Shown: positions 47,216 through 59,020, counted from the first letter of the stretch. The stretch is 64,000 nucleotides of DNA from Camelus ferus (GCF_009834535.1 NC_045727.1:6572001-6636000), one strand, 5' to 3'. Numbers and translations: made by a program. Notes: generated from the letters alone by a model not told the origin.

Positions 47216-48279
47216 CCTGCCAGGAGGTCCTCTCATTCCCTCTGACCAATATTGGAGTAGGATTGAGGAGGAGAGGAGGGGAAGAAGTGGGGAGAGCCAG
47301 GAGCTGGAGAGAGAGGGGCAGACAGCTGAAGGAGGGGCAGTGTTGGAGCGACAGGTGATGGACAGGAAGCTCGACCAATGGCCATGGAGGCTGGGCCGGC
47401 CCTCCTCCTCCCCTGGGCATTCCTCTCTCCCTATTCCCTCCAGGAAGGAAACTATCCCAGGTGTGTCCTGGAGGTCTTGGAACTATCAATTAGGACGGGC
47501 CTGAAGAGGTCCCTCGGTTTCCTTGGAAACGGAGCGACTCTCCCTACTTCACACCAGGCTTCCCCTTCCTGGGAGGGCAGCGGCAAAGACCTGGGAGGTC
47601 CGTGCGTGCCTCGGCTTTCTTGGTTTGAAAGATTTATTAAAGCAGAACCTTCTGAAATGACAAAATAAAGGTCGGAGGCTGCCGGCTGAATGGACTTCCG
47701 GGCAGAGTCTGACAGCCAAGCCAGGAGCCGGAGGAGCCCTTGGTTCTATTAACACCACCCTGACCTCCGTGCAGGGTGGGCCACCCCCTGGCAGGGCCGC
47801 ACCCCGAAAGGAAATTTCACTTCTCCTGTAGGTGCTGGACTGGATTCTAACGTGAGGAGAAGTCAGCCCAGCAGGGAGCTCACCTTCCAGAACCCCCAGA
47901 CCTGTTCAGGCCGCCAGAATTAGCGCCATGTCTCTCCTGTGCTTATGCCTCAGACAGCTCCTTGGCCCCCACATGAAACCTCTAAGTGGCCTCCAGGACC
48001 CTGTGTGAGCTGGGACCCGCTGCCCTCCCAGACTCATCTCATACTAGCCTTTGCGTCATTCAAGAAATGCTGCCCGGCCTGCAGATCTTTGCCTACCCCA
48101 GGCTGTTTCTTTTCTCCTGGACTTTGATCGGGCTGTCCCTCTGCCTGGACTGCCCTTTCCCTATCCCCTCCCATCTGCCACTTTTGCTAGGAAGACCCCA
48201 ATCATCCTTCAACATTCTCCTGACTTCCTGGTTGCTGTCTACCTCCCCAGTGCTGGGTCACGTGCTGTGTGAAGTCTCC

Positions 48280-48655
48280 TAGGGTGGCTGTGAGAGAAAT
48301 CCATTCTCTCACAGTTCTGGAGGCTAGAAGTCTGAGCAAGGTGTCAGCAGCACCGTGATCCTCCAAAGGTTCTAGGGGAGGATCCTTCCTTGCATCTCCT
48401 AGCTTCTGGTGGCTTCAAGCATCCCTCGGCTTGTGGCCACATCCACAAATTCTCCGCCCCCATCTTCACGTGGCCTTCCTCCCCCTGTGACTTTTCTCTT
48501 CTTATAAGGACACTAGTCACTGCATTTAGAGCCCCTGCTAATCCAGTATGACCCTACCTAACTAATTATACCTGCAAGGATCCTATTTCCAAATAAAGTC
48601 ACATTCTGAGGTTTCTAGGCAGACATGAATTTTGTGGGGACATTATTTAACCCAG
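48280..48655 (-). mobile_element. MLT1B/C-like LTR
   Basis: 'ttctctcacagttctggaggctagaagtctga...ctatttccaaataaagtcacattctgaggtt...catgaattttgtggggacattatttaaccc'. Confidence 0.8.
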
Positions 48656-49519
48656 TATACCCACTGTACAGATGGGACCAGCACTGCAGCCTGGGATGAT
48701 CAAGGAAGGCTTCTTAAAAAAAAAAAAAAAAAAAAGAGCTGATCTCTGAGATTGACTACTATGTCATAGGCAGATATTCCGTTTGAGAAAAATGATTTGA
48801 GCCAACACCCAGTAGGGGGGAGACAGTGATTCCTTTAAAGCCTCCCTGGCAGGTTCAAGCCTATACCTGACAGTACCTCTTCTCAAGGCTTGGTCTCCCA
48901 TTTGCTTGCCCCGCTTAAAACAGACTAGCAGGAGACGAGAAATACTCAACCCCTTTAACCAGACCCCATCAGCTAATAAGGCTGAAAGCAATAATCTGTC
49001 ACTTTGAAAGTACGAGCCAACACGTTTCTCAAGCAGCTTTCCATTCTAGCAATAACACGGGGCTAGTAAACGGCTTGCCTCCCTCCCTCTCTCTCATTTG
49101 TGCATTTCCAAATAATGAATGTCAAGTCATCTTTGGGAGTATTAAATACCCAGGCGACCCATGCAACTGGAGAGCAGGCACAGTATTAATTCCAAAGGCA
49201 AGGGGAAAAAATGAAACACAAAGCAATAGAGAGGGATGGAGTCAGCGACTTGGGGGTTCAAATACTGGCTTCATCACTTGCTGACTTGTGACTCTCTGAC
49301 CTCTTAATCACATCTCCCTCCCCGGTTTGTTTTGGGATTAAGTCCCCTGCACCAAGTGAATACCTGAACAAATGCTACCTGGTGATGTTTTTTTAAATAA
49401 AAAATTTTGAGTAATCATATTGTTTGTTATTGTATAATCCTGAAACAAAATATATTTGTATTACTAAAAAAAAAAGCAAATTAACACCTAATTTCTCATC
49501 ATTTAGATTTAAAGCTTTC

Positions 49520-49990
49520 CATTTAAAAGAGACACAAATGTAAGATCAAAATAAAAACAGTGCATCCCAAGTTTGAATTAGAAATATCATTATGAACACG
49601 ATGTAGCTTCTCCTAAAAAAGTACATATTTCCTAACCATCTTCTTAAAATCCCTAGAAACAATAGCTGACCTAGGAGAAATGAGCCCTTCTAACACTTAG
49701 ATTACGGTCTCAAATACCATTTTCCTATTCAAAGAAATCAGGGCTCCTTGGAGAAATGGCAGACTCCTGGCCTTGGGCAGAAAATGTTCAAGATGAGCCT
49801 GAAAGCATTATCATATCAGAGAATAAGAAAGCTGTTGATATATTAGGGTCATTTTCAAAGGACTCAAAGGCCAACTTTAATAATCTCCCATCAGGTAAAG
49901 ATGGGATAATTTGAGCATTAATAAGAATAATGCAAGGGAGTTAAACACATCAATTACATTAAAGACCCATGAATTCATAATGGTATAAAC
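49520..49990 (+). mobile_element. L1MC4-like 3' region
   Basis: 'aaagaaatcagggctccttggagaaatggcagactcc...gttcaagatgagcctga...aaagatgggataatttgagcattaataagaataat'. Confidence 0.6.
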
Positions 49991-50014
49991 AACTAATTCA
50001 GTTGTTTTATTTAA

Positions 50015-50190
50015 TCCTCAATTTAATACTATGATGGAAGATCTCATTAGCCTCTGTGTCACAGATGAAGAAACTAAAGCTCAGAAAAGTGCAGTATCTC
50101 ACCCAAAATCACACAGCTTACAAGTGGAGGAAGTGGAATTCCAAACCAGGTCTGTGACACTACAAAACTGCAGAAAGTGTTCAATAAAGT
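50015..50190 (-). mobile_element. MIR SINE
   Basis: 'cacagatgaagaaactaaagctcagaaaagtgcagtatctcacccaaaatcacacagct'. Confidence 0.7.
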
Positions 50191-51039
50191 TTAACTTTCT
50201 CTCCACTACCCCCACCACATCAGGGCTATAGGAAGGCAGATAATAAATGGTGAGAATGTGGCACTATTAAAGTTTCATCCTGCTGTCTCGTATTCCCTGG
50301 TTACAAGCAACAGATGTTGATGGTTGAGTGTGTAGCATGATATATATGTAAAATGATAATGATGAACCAATTATAACCACTCTTGTGAAAATCCATGAGA
50401 GCCATTAAATGGTCTTTGGTTTTAAAGTGGTAACTGGCAAGATGTTTATTAGACACTTCCTGATTCATGTCTGTACCTTCCTGCCCCTTAAATCAAAGTT
50501 TCTTAAAGTGTGGTCTGGGAACCACCTTTACCCATTACCCAGAGTACTATTTAAAAGACAAAGATTCAAAGGGCCCCATCTCAGACCTACTAAAATGAAA
50601 GTAGCTGGTCATGTTATATGCTAGGAATCTCCCCTCTGACTATAGTTGATTGGACCAGGACTGAACACTTGATTTAAGTGAGCCAATCAGGTTCTGTCTT
50701 GAGAATTTGAACTAGAAAAGAGAAAGGATTTCTTTGAAGGTCATTTTTGGCATTTTTGGATCCTGTAAGCTGAGCCAGTGTGCAGAGAAAAGGAGAGAGG
50801 ACCCACTAGGTGGTCTCAGAAAGAGAGAGAGAAAAAGAATGGTCTTCTTGGCTTCTGATCTCTGCTCAGGGCCCCTGTAGGAATCTCTTGTGAGAACCAG
50901 CTCTGCGTCCTACCCTTGGGTCTTAGGAGTCCCTTTCCTAGCTTCTCAGTAAATCCTCCATCTGACTAGAGTTCATTTGTGTAAATTTCTATTCCCTATA
51001 AACAAACAAGCCTTGACCCAGCTGGGGCTGTAAGCAAAA

Positions 51040-51215
51040 GAAAGAACACTTGGGAAGCAGAAGACCTTGGTAGTTTTGCCACTGAATGACTGTGTGACCT
51101 CAGGCAAGGCACTTCATTCCCTGGGACCTCAGTTTCCACTTTTGTAAAGTGGGAGAAGCGATAATATCTACCATACAGGATCAAATAAGTAACACACATA
51201 AAAGCATTTTTTAGC
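51040..51215 (+). mobile_element. MIR SINE
   Basis: 'gactgtgtgacctcaggcaaggcacttcattccctgggacctcagtttccacttttgtaaagtggg'. Confidence 0.7.
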
Positions 51216-51579
51216 TATATGACTATTAAATGAAGCAACCTGTCCAAGGTCACTGTAATGGTAGGAGATTCAAGCACCATGGTGGGCAGCCAATGGCAGA
51301 ACTATGAGGCTCCTTTCAACCAGGAGCCACTTTCTACAAACTACCTCCCAGGAGTGGGCACAGAGGTTACCAGCTTCCCAGAGACACCAGCCTACAGAGT
51401 ATGACCTGGTCACCCGATGGGGGAAGGGAGCATCTCCTCTGGCTCCTTCAGAGCATCAGTTTCTCTCTCTGAGTCCATGAGTTCCAAGGGTAGGGTTGCT
51501 GTCTTGCTAATAGGCTTATTTCCAGAGGGCACAGGGCCTAACACACAGCAGGTGCTCACAGGTGAATGAATATCTCCAT

Positions 51580-51800
51580 ATTTCCGTCTGTCTGTCTCTA
51601 TGTGTCTCTGTTGTCTCTTCCTATGTTTTAATGGTTCTGCCTCTCTCTTTACGTATTTTTCTGTGTTGTCTCTCTCTCTCTGCCTCTCCCTCCCTCACCC
51701 CACCTTGCTTGCCTCTCTCATCTCTTTCTGTCTCCCCCTGTCCCTAGTCTCACTCTGCCCTGTGCGTCTGCCTCCCTCTCTCTCATCCTCTGTGTCTCCT
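51580..51800 (+). repeat. CT-rich low-complexity tract
   Basis: Degenerate tctctg/tgtctc units; explains the stop-free ORF 51600-52304. Confidence 0.75.
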
Positions 51801-51879
51801 CCCCACCTCACCCCACACACACTCACACCTGGCCCAAGCTGCTCCCTCCCACCGGCTCCCTTTGTCTTGGTCCCTCTCC

Positions 51880-51894
51880 GGTTGCCTGGTAACC
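51880..51894. promoter_or_regulatory. candidate RFX X-box
   Basis: GGTTGCC-T-GGTAACC matches GTNRCC(N0-3)RGYAAC exactly; a half site CCATAGCAAC follows at 51920-51929; motif evidence only. Confidence 0.45.
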
Positions 51895-52533
51895 TTCCTC
51901 CCTGGCAGCTCTGCAGAAACCATAGCAACGGGCAGCCTAAGACACGGCCATTCCTCTCTGTTTTGTCCCTTACTTGCACTTGGACAGTCCAATTACAGGT
52001 ACTCGTCGGCAGCGATGCCTTTGTCTGTGGCCCATTCACAGCGAGCCGGCTCCCAGGCCCAGGAGCTGTTGGGCGCTGCCTGACAAAGCACCTTTTGTGC
52101 CTCCTCCCCACTCCCCACCACCAAGCTCAAGGACAAGGCATCTCTGAACTGGCGCTCAGGCTGCTGCTGGTGGTGGGGAAGGGGAAAAGGAGAGGGGAGC
52201 ACCCAGCAGATGCTCCTACAGATGATTCAACAGCCCTACAAGAGAAGCCGACATGGGAAGGGCAGGCAGGGAAATGGCTGGATCTGTGCCCCTCTGGCCT
52301 CTGACCTTCTGTGCATTCCTCCAGCCTGTAGGGCATCCTGCAGCCACAGAACCTGCCCACATTCTGTTCCCTCTAGCCCAGACCTTCTTGCTCTTTGCAC
52401 ACTCAACTGCTACCCCACCTCCAGAGCCCAGCTCCTGCACCCCTTGGACACCTCCCCACCCGGCTTCACTGGTGACCACAGCTCCCTACGCTGTACTTCT
52501 ACGTGTGCAAAAATACACCCATTTCTTGGCTGG

Positions 52534-52958
52534 CATATTAAATCCCTAGGGCTGCTGCAAAAAATTACCACCAACTGGACAGCTTAAAGCAACACATTTA
52601 TTATCTCACAGTTCTAGAGGCTAGGAGTTTGAAATCAAGTCGTCAGCGGGGCCGTGCTCTCTCTCAAGGCTTTAGAGGAAGATACTTCCTTGCCTCTTCC
52701 TAGCTTCTGGTGGCTGACAGCAATCCTTGGGGTTCCTTGGGTTGCAGATGTGTCACTCTGTCATCACATGGCCTTTCCCTGTGTCTCTCTGTCCAAGTCT
52801 CTCTCATAAGGACAGCAGTCACTGGATTAGAGTTGCTCTAATCCAGTATGTCTTCACCGGAAATTGATTATATCTGCAAAGAATCTATTTCCAAATAACA
52901 TCAATTCAGAGATTCAGGTGACCATGAATTGGGGGTGGGGGAGCTATTCAACCCAGGA
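52534..52958 (-). mobile_element. MLT1 solo LTR
   Basis: 'ccctagggctgctgcaaaaaattaccac...tttattatctcacagttctagaggctaggagtttgaaatcaag...ggggagctattcaaccc'. Confidence 0.8.
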
Positions 52959-53198
52959 TAGCCCTGGGGTCTCAGCAAAGGCATCTCCATTGGGTACCAC
53001 TCTGGCCCCAGCGCCTAGTACAGCGTCTGGTCAGTTAAGAGGTGGGTCAATATTGAGTGAATGAATGAGTGAGCATGAGCTTCACCTCCATGAGCCTCAG
53101 GACCCCTGAGGCATGAAACAGAAATAAGAGCATCACTTCAAAGCATCGCTGAGGCCTCCACATGTGGCACGTAGAGAATGCTCAAAAATCGGCAACCG

Positions 53199-53622
53199 GG
53201 TATTCGTTTCCTGTGACTGCTGTAACAACGCTGGGACTTAGACCACAGAAGTCTATTCTCTCACAGTTCTGAAGGCCAGGAACCCAAACTCAAGGTGTTG
53301 GCAGGACCACGCTCCCTCTGATGGCCCTGGGGGAGAATCCTTCCTGGCTTCTGTCAGCTTATGCTGGGTAGCAACAGACGAGTGTATCACTTCCTCTGCC
53401 TCCATCTGCACATGGCCTTCTGCCCTGTTCCACGTCTTCCCTTGTTCTTACAAAGACACTCGTGGTTGGATTTAGGGCCCACCCAGAAAATCCAGGATGA
53501 TCTCATCTCCAGGTCCTTAATTACACCCACCCAGCCCCTTTTTCCAAATAAAGTCATATTCACTGGTTCCCAGTATTTGACCTGAACGTATCTTTGGGGG
53601 GAGCCCCCATTCAGCCCACCAC
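53199..53622 (-). mobile_element. MLT1 solo LTR
   Basis: 'gtattcgtttcctgtgactgctgtaacaa...ttctctcacagttctgaaggccagg...ttttccaaataaagtcatattcac...cccattcagcccaccaca'. Confidence 0.8.
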
Positions 53623-54250
53623 ACCACGATTATTTTTTCTGTAATTAAGGTCCAAGTTCTGGTTGCTGATAACTTGTAGTCAGTACATGAGGACCAAGAG
53701 GCTACAGTTCTGAAACATGACTCCAGAGGGGCAAATCTGCTATTCCCAACTTAGAGCTGAGGCAAATGAGAGAGGAGGGGTGAAGTGATTTCCACCCCCA
53801 AGTCACAAACCAGGGAATTAGAGAGAAGCCCCACAAAGCACCCTGCTCTTTATCCCCGCCGGCGTGTGCACAAGCCATTCCCCTGCAAAGCCCTTACTTT
53901 CTCCTGATTTTACTGCTTATCCCTCAGGTTCCCTCCAACTGGATGTCCTGTCCCTTCTCCAGGAAGACTTCTCTGCCCACCCCCGGGCTGTGTGAGGACC
54001 CCTCTTTCAGTTTCCAAGGTATCTATCTATTATCTGGTGTCTCTCTGTGTCTCCTTCCTCTGAACTGTGAATTACTCGACGAGGGTAAGCACTGAGTCTA
54101 GTATGATGTTACATCATCACAGCTCAGCATGGAGCCAGACATTGAGCGAGAGCTCCATAAATATTTATGGAAGTAAAATTATGTGTATAACGGCGGGGCC
54201 ATAGACTTGTTCAACTGAAACACATCAGTATCAATTATATTATTACAAAT

Positions 54251-54271
54251 ATTATTATTATTATTATTATT
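54251..54271. repeat. (ATT)7 microsatellite
   Basis: Read directly. Confidence 0.9.
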
Positions 54272-54429
54272 ACTTATTATTTAATGGAGACCTCAGTCCC
54301 ACAGAAATCCTGGTTTGGGAGAAGGCTAGTGGAGACTTATTCGTAGGATTCAAATACTGCAAAGGTTTAAGGCTTGGGTAATTGGTAAAATGCTGGTGCC
54401 ATTAATAAAATGCAGAGAATCAATAGCAT

Positions 54430-54580
54430 AGACCAATGCTTATCAAACATTCATGTGCACGCAAATCACCTGGGGCTTGTTAAAAATGCACATCCTGTTC
54501 GGTTGGTCTAGGGCAGGACCTGAGATTCTGCACCCACACGCTCTCAGATGATGCCAACGCAGCTGGCCCTGGGGCGAACT
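54430..54580. mobile_element. MER5A
   Basis: 'aaatcacctggggcttgttaaaaatgcaca...ggtctagggcaggacctgagattctgca...cagatgatgccaacgcagctggccc'. Confidence 0.7.
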
Positions 54581-54589
54581 TGAGAAGCA

Positions 54590-54960
54590 AGGATGCAGCT
54601 GATTTGAGCAGAAGGTCAAAGACGATGAGTTAGGTTTGGAAATGCTGAGTTTGAGTTGCTGAAGTGATTTTTCAAATGAATATTTCAATGAGGCAGCTGT
54701 AAACGCAGGGCGAGACTTGGAGGGAGAGGTGTGGGCTATATCTTCCAATATAGCGTATCATATCAGATGTTGGTGAGCTTGCATGTGGACAAGCAGAAAC
54801 AAAGGTATTGGGGGCAAATTCACATTTTGGGGGGAGACAAATGAGAGAAACAGAGAAGGAGCAATTAGAGAGAGAAAGAAACCAGGACAGTGCAGAGTCA
54901 CAGGACAGCCCACTGCTGCAGAGCATACAGATGGCGAGCCAAGAACTTGCCAATGGAATT
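54590..54960 (-). mobile_element. L2 fragment
   Basis: 'gagttaggtttggaaatgctgagtttgagttgctg...cagggcgagacttggagggagaggtgtgggcta'. Confidence 0.6.
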
Positions 54961-55199
54961 TGTGACCTTGAAATAAACATTCTACTAGAGCCCAGGGGTG
55001 TGCACCAGACACCGTTGAGCCCTACCCCATATGCCCTTGGCCCACCTGAGCTCGTCTGCAGCTGCTGCCAATAATTCCCCCAAGCGCAAGCTTTCCACCG
55101 CGAACACCTGTCTGTCTGTCCTCCCAACCTGAGGACTTCCTCCAGCAGCAAGGGAGCTTGCTTGGCCTCAACCTGGATGTGTAGGGGAGTTAGCGCCCA

Positions 55200-55470
55200 G
55201 GGGCGAAGGGGGCAACCCTTAACCAGTCCAGTGTGGCAGTAAATTGATAAATCTCTAGGCGGGTGGGTCTAAGGCATGGTTTCTCAGTGGAACGAAGTTC
55301 CAGTTGTCCACAGCAATAATGCCCTCAGTAACACACCTCTTCTTGGTTTTTCTGCCTTCCCCATCTTACTTTTCCACTCCCTCAGTCGTGCTTCCTGAGA
55401 TCACCTCCCAATAAATTCTTTGCACTTAAGTCCTTGTCTCATGGACTGCTTTGGTGGGGGAGATAGGTCA
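55200..55470 (+). mobile_element. LTR16A-like ERVL LTR
   Basis: 'gtgcttcctgagatcacctcccaataaattctttgcacttaagtccttgtctcatggactgctttgg'. Confidence 0.7.
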
Positions 55471-56029
55471 GCAGCCAGAATGCAACATATAAAGTCTGAA
55501 TGGTTAATATAGAACAAGTGCATTAATACAAGAAGTGGAAGGAGTTTTAACCCAGTCTTGCAAATAGCCCCGCATCCACTAGCCCAGGCAAGTAAAGAGC
55601 TGAGCCAGGCACGTAATCTAGTGATTAGATTTGGTGATTTCTCGTGGATAAGGGAAAGCCTTTGGGGACAGGTCCACAGGAGCACCCCTCTCCCCCTGGC
55701 ATCACCACCACCACCAATCCCCCTTAACACTTGTCTGCACGCAAAAGCGCAGATACTGTCCCGGGAAATGGGCCCAGTCTGAGGAAGAGAGGAAAGTCTG
55801 TCTTGCTCAGTTTACATCTCTGGAGAGAGTCTCTGGGTGCAGCTGAGGTTGCTTCTATATATAACACACAAGCACAACAAATAAAACTGACTGTAAAGCA
55901 CTCTGCAGATCCAAAGTGCCACGTAAACGCTAAATAAGAAAATTAATCTGAGCTCCAAAGAACTCACATTGCGGGACTGGAGTGGTTTTGAGACTGTGCC
56001 AGGGAAAAGGGAGTAAGTGCCCTCTTCTG

Positions 56030-56500
56030 CTCCCGGTCTTCACTTCCCCACAAACAACATACAGATACGGGCACCTGAGGAGCACGGGGGTGTCCCACAT
56101 GCACCCCCGACACACACAAGCACACATTCCAATACATATATCCCGCCCCCAACATACCACCCAGATACATAGGCACCCAGAGGCATTTTCACAGCCATGC
56201 ACATACCCTAGATGCACCAACACATACACACCTGCCAAGACACAGGACCCCCCATACACACTCTCCACCCTACACACACGCACCCAGAGACACCTTCACA
56301 GCCATGCACATACCCCAGATGCACACACATACATACACCTACCTACAGATGTCCACACACACACAATCTCTCATATACCTCCCACCTTCCAAATGTCCCC
56401 TGGGACCTTCTTACACACGTGGCCACAAATTCATCCCCTGAGGACCCCTCACCCACAGAATACCCTCTTACAGGCATACCCAGCACGCACACACCATCTT
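56030..56500 (+). repeat. CA-rich low-complexity tract with an internal ~107-bp period duplication
   Basis: 'gcacccagag....ttcacagccatgcacataccc.agatgcac' at 56173 and 56280; explains ORF 55982-56629. Confidence 0.75.
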
Positions 56501-56940
56501 GCACGTGGTCCTTCATACAAGCTTCAGTATCTCAAATCGTGGTTTAAAATTCTTCACACCCTCCATGTATTAAAACCATACATCCATGCCCTTTCTCATG
56601 TAACTTCCGCTCACTGTGAACTTAGTTGACTTCCCCACCCACTGATGGTGAACTTGGCCACATGGCTTGCTTTCGTCAATGGAATGTTAGCAGGTGTGAC
56701 ACAAGGAGGGTCTAAATAGGCTTGTGAGGCATGGATTTTCTCCTCTTCTCTAGTTATCCGCCAGGAGTCAAACATGCCCCTCCAGCCTGACCCCAGGATG
56801 AACACAGAGCAGATACAAATCCCATGGACACCAGTAGCTCAGCCCAGCAGGACTCACAGCCTGAAGTAAGAGCTACTAGCTGAGCCCAGTCTACAGCAGC
56901 CACAGGCTGACCCACAGGCCAGTAAGCCTGAAACTACACT

Positions 56941-57297
56941 AGAGGTTGGAAAACTATATAGCCCATGGGCCAGAGCCAACCTATGACTGTTTTTGTAAAT
57001 AAAGGTTTGGGTTTTTTTGTTTTTTGGGTGTTTTAACTTTTTTTTATTGAGTTATAGTCATTTTACAATGTTGTGTCAAATTCCAGTGTAGAGCACAATT
57101 TTTCAGTTATACATGAACATACATATATTCATCAAATAAAGGTTTATTAGAACACAGCCATGTCATTCATTTATGTATTGTCTATGCTGCCTTCACCCTA
57201 AAAGGGCAGAGCTGAAAAGCTGCAACACTGGATAATCAAGGAAACCAAAAATGCATGCCATCTGGCCCTTTACAGAAAAAGTTGTCCAAGTCCTAGA
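56941..57297. mobile_element. MER58A interrupted by a young L1
   Basis: 'ggttggaaaactatatagcccatgggcc...tgtttttgtaaataaaggttt|attagaacacagccatgtcattcatttatgtattgtctatg...ggccctttacagaaaaagttgtcc'. Confidence 0.8.
57009..57133 (-). mobile_element. young camelid-type L1 3' end, 5'-truncated, with TSD
   Basis: T-rich tail then 'attgagttatagtcattttacaatgttgtgtcaaattccagtgtagagcacaatttttcagttatacatgaac'; perfect 12-bp TSD aaataaaggttt at 56997-57008 and 57134-57145. Confidence 0.85.
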
Positions 57298-58177
57298 ATG
57301 GATGCAAGTTGTTGTAAAGCATTAAGTTTTGGTGTAGTTTGTTACACAGCATTATTGCAGCAGTAGCTGACTAATTAATATGTACAGATACAAGTACTTC
57401 AGATATTTTCTCACATCCAAGTATTTTTATTCCCATGTACTGATAGGCCATTATGTTTCATCTCATAAATGTACCCACAGACATCCTCATCTCTGACACA
57501 CACAGATACCTTTTCATGATCTGCATATATACATGTGCTTGCACACACTCTGACACAGGGATCCACACACAGGCTTACATACAAGTGTACACACATACAT
57601 AAACAGACACATCGAAGATATTTCCACAAAAAGGCATATAACGTCCTCAAAATCACTCATACATTCCTCCATGTGCCACTCATGTAGTCACATGCCTACA
57701 TGCTCCCACACAGAAACAAAAACATGTGCATGGTTTTTGGTCTTATTTCAGTTTTCCTGTCTGTTACGAAAAAGCTTGAATAGTCCAAAAAGTCCAGGGT
57801 CTTCCATAAAAATTATTTGGGCTGACAAAAAGTGCTCCTGTAGCCTAGACCTCAAAGGACTAGGAACCTTGACTCTGATAGCCACAGGAACCCTCTCCAG
57901 GAAGGAGGAACTAGGCTGTCAAAGAGTTTGTACACAGTGGTAGCCATGACTCCAGCTTCTGATGTTGTTGAGAGCAGAGTAAGATGCAAGACTGCCAAAT
58001 GGACAGAGACTGCCTAGTCAACAGATTGACTTCATCTCCTGCCTCAACAAGCCCTCTGTACTCAGAGTTGCTTCCTCCGAGCACCTCTGGCTCACTCTTT
58101 ATACCCCCTGTCTGGTCCTCATTGCTGTACTGCCCCATGGCAGCTCTTGTATACATAGTCTTACAATGCTAGGTGGT

Positions 58178-58580
58178 TGCTATGGAATGACTTGAGTTCC
58201 TCCAAATTTCAAATGTTGAAACCCTAACCTCCAACGTGATGATATTTGGAGAGGGGGCTTTGGGGAGGTAATTAGGTTTAGATGAGGTCAGGAGAGTGGA
58301 GCCCCCATGATGGGATTGGTGCCTTTATAAGAAGAGACTCTAGAGAGCTTGTTTCTTCTCCCTCCCTCTCTCTCCCTCCCTTCTCCCTTCCATATGAGTG
58401 TACAGCAAAAAGGTGGCCATCTACAAGCCAGAAGAGAACCTTAACCAGAAACTGACCATACTGATACCTTAATCTCAGAATTCCAGCCCCAGAACTGTGA
58501 TGAAATAACACAATAAAAATCGTTGTTTAAGCCAGCCAGTCTACGGTATTTTGCCATGGCATCCTGAGAAGACTAAAACA
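58178..58580 (+). mobile_element. MLT1A-like solo LTR
   Basis: 'tgctatgg...atgttgaaaccctaacctccaacgtgatgatatttggag...ccagaactgtga...gtttaagccagccagtctacggtattttgcc...gactaaaaca'. Confidence 0.85.
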
Positions 58581-58594
58581 GTATTATTTCCCAT

Positions 58595-58740
58595 AGGTTT
58601 GTTCCACCAGAAAGCAAGTTCTATGAGGACAAAGATTTTTTTTTGTTTATTCCTATAGCCCTAGTATGTAGGACCGTGCCTGGCATGCAGCAGGTGCTGA
58701 ATAAAAAACTTGAATAAATGAATGAGCGAATGAATGAACG
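58595..58740 (+). mobile_element. L2 3' end
   Basis: 'ggaccgtgcctggcatgcagcaggtgctgaataaaaaacttgaataaatgaatga'. Confidence 0.65.
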
Positions 58741-58845
58741 AAGGCACTGCTTCCACAGCAGGATTAAAAACATCCTGAGGACATGAGTGTTATCTCATAC
58801 ATTCTTGTATTTCCTACTGAACATTTCAACATAAATGCAGGAAGA

Positions 58846-59020
58846 AAGGAAGATGGCAAAAAAAAAAAAAAAAAAAAAAAACAAGAGAAGAGAGAAGGGA
58901 GAGAGAGAATTGAAGGGCAGAAAATGAGAAGGAATGGAGGAAGAAAACTGAAGGAAATAAGAAAGAAAATGCGAAGGAGGAAAGGAAAGGGGGGAGGACA
59001 GAAAGAAGGAATGGAGAACA
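58846..59020 (+). repeat. A-run plus purine-rich low-complexity tract
   Basis: Long A run from about 58858 then GA/GGAA-rich sequence; explains ORF 58764-59474. Confidence 0.8.

Larger units (their letters stand above)
56590..57378 (+). mobile_element. old MLT1 LTR interrupted by MER58A
   Basis: 5' part 'ggcttgctttcgtcaatggaatgttagcaggtgtgacaca'; 3' part resumes after 57297 with 'gttttggtgtagtttgttacacagcattattgcagcagtagctgactaat'. Confidence 0.65.

Noticed and set aside
39040-51800. GA-rich (39.0-39.4 kb) and CT-rich (51.6-51.8 kb) tracts as a long-range RNA pairing pair
   Set aside because: Complementarity is only compositional; I found no specific extended match and such tracts are common.
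51974-52079. Possible 106-bp minus-strand exon (ttgtcag acceptor, caa/gtaagg donor) with one open frame RQRPTAPG...WTVQVQ
   Set aside because: Weak polypyrimidine tract, no partner exons found and peptide not recognised; the block is better explained as regulatory. RNA-seq junction reads would overturn this.
51600-52304. 234-aa plus-strand ORF
   Set aside because: The first half translates a CT-rich low-complexity tract (L/S/P/C-rich); no domain or homologue recognised.
52534-53622. Two co-oriented MLT1 LTRs as a deleted provirus
   Set aside because: The ~240 bp between them holds an L2 tail and MIR-like pieces rather than MaLR internal sequence; they are independent solo LTRs.
55982-56629. 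215-aa His/Thr/Pro-rich ORF
   Set aside because: Translation of a CA-rich low-complexity tract.
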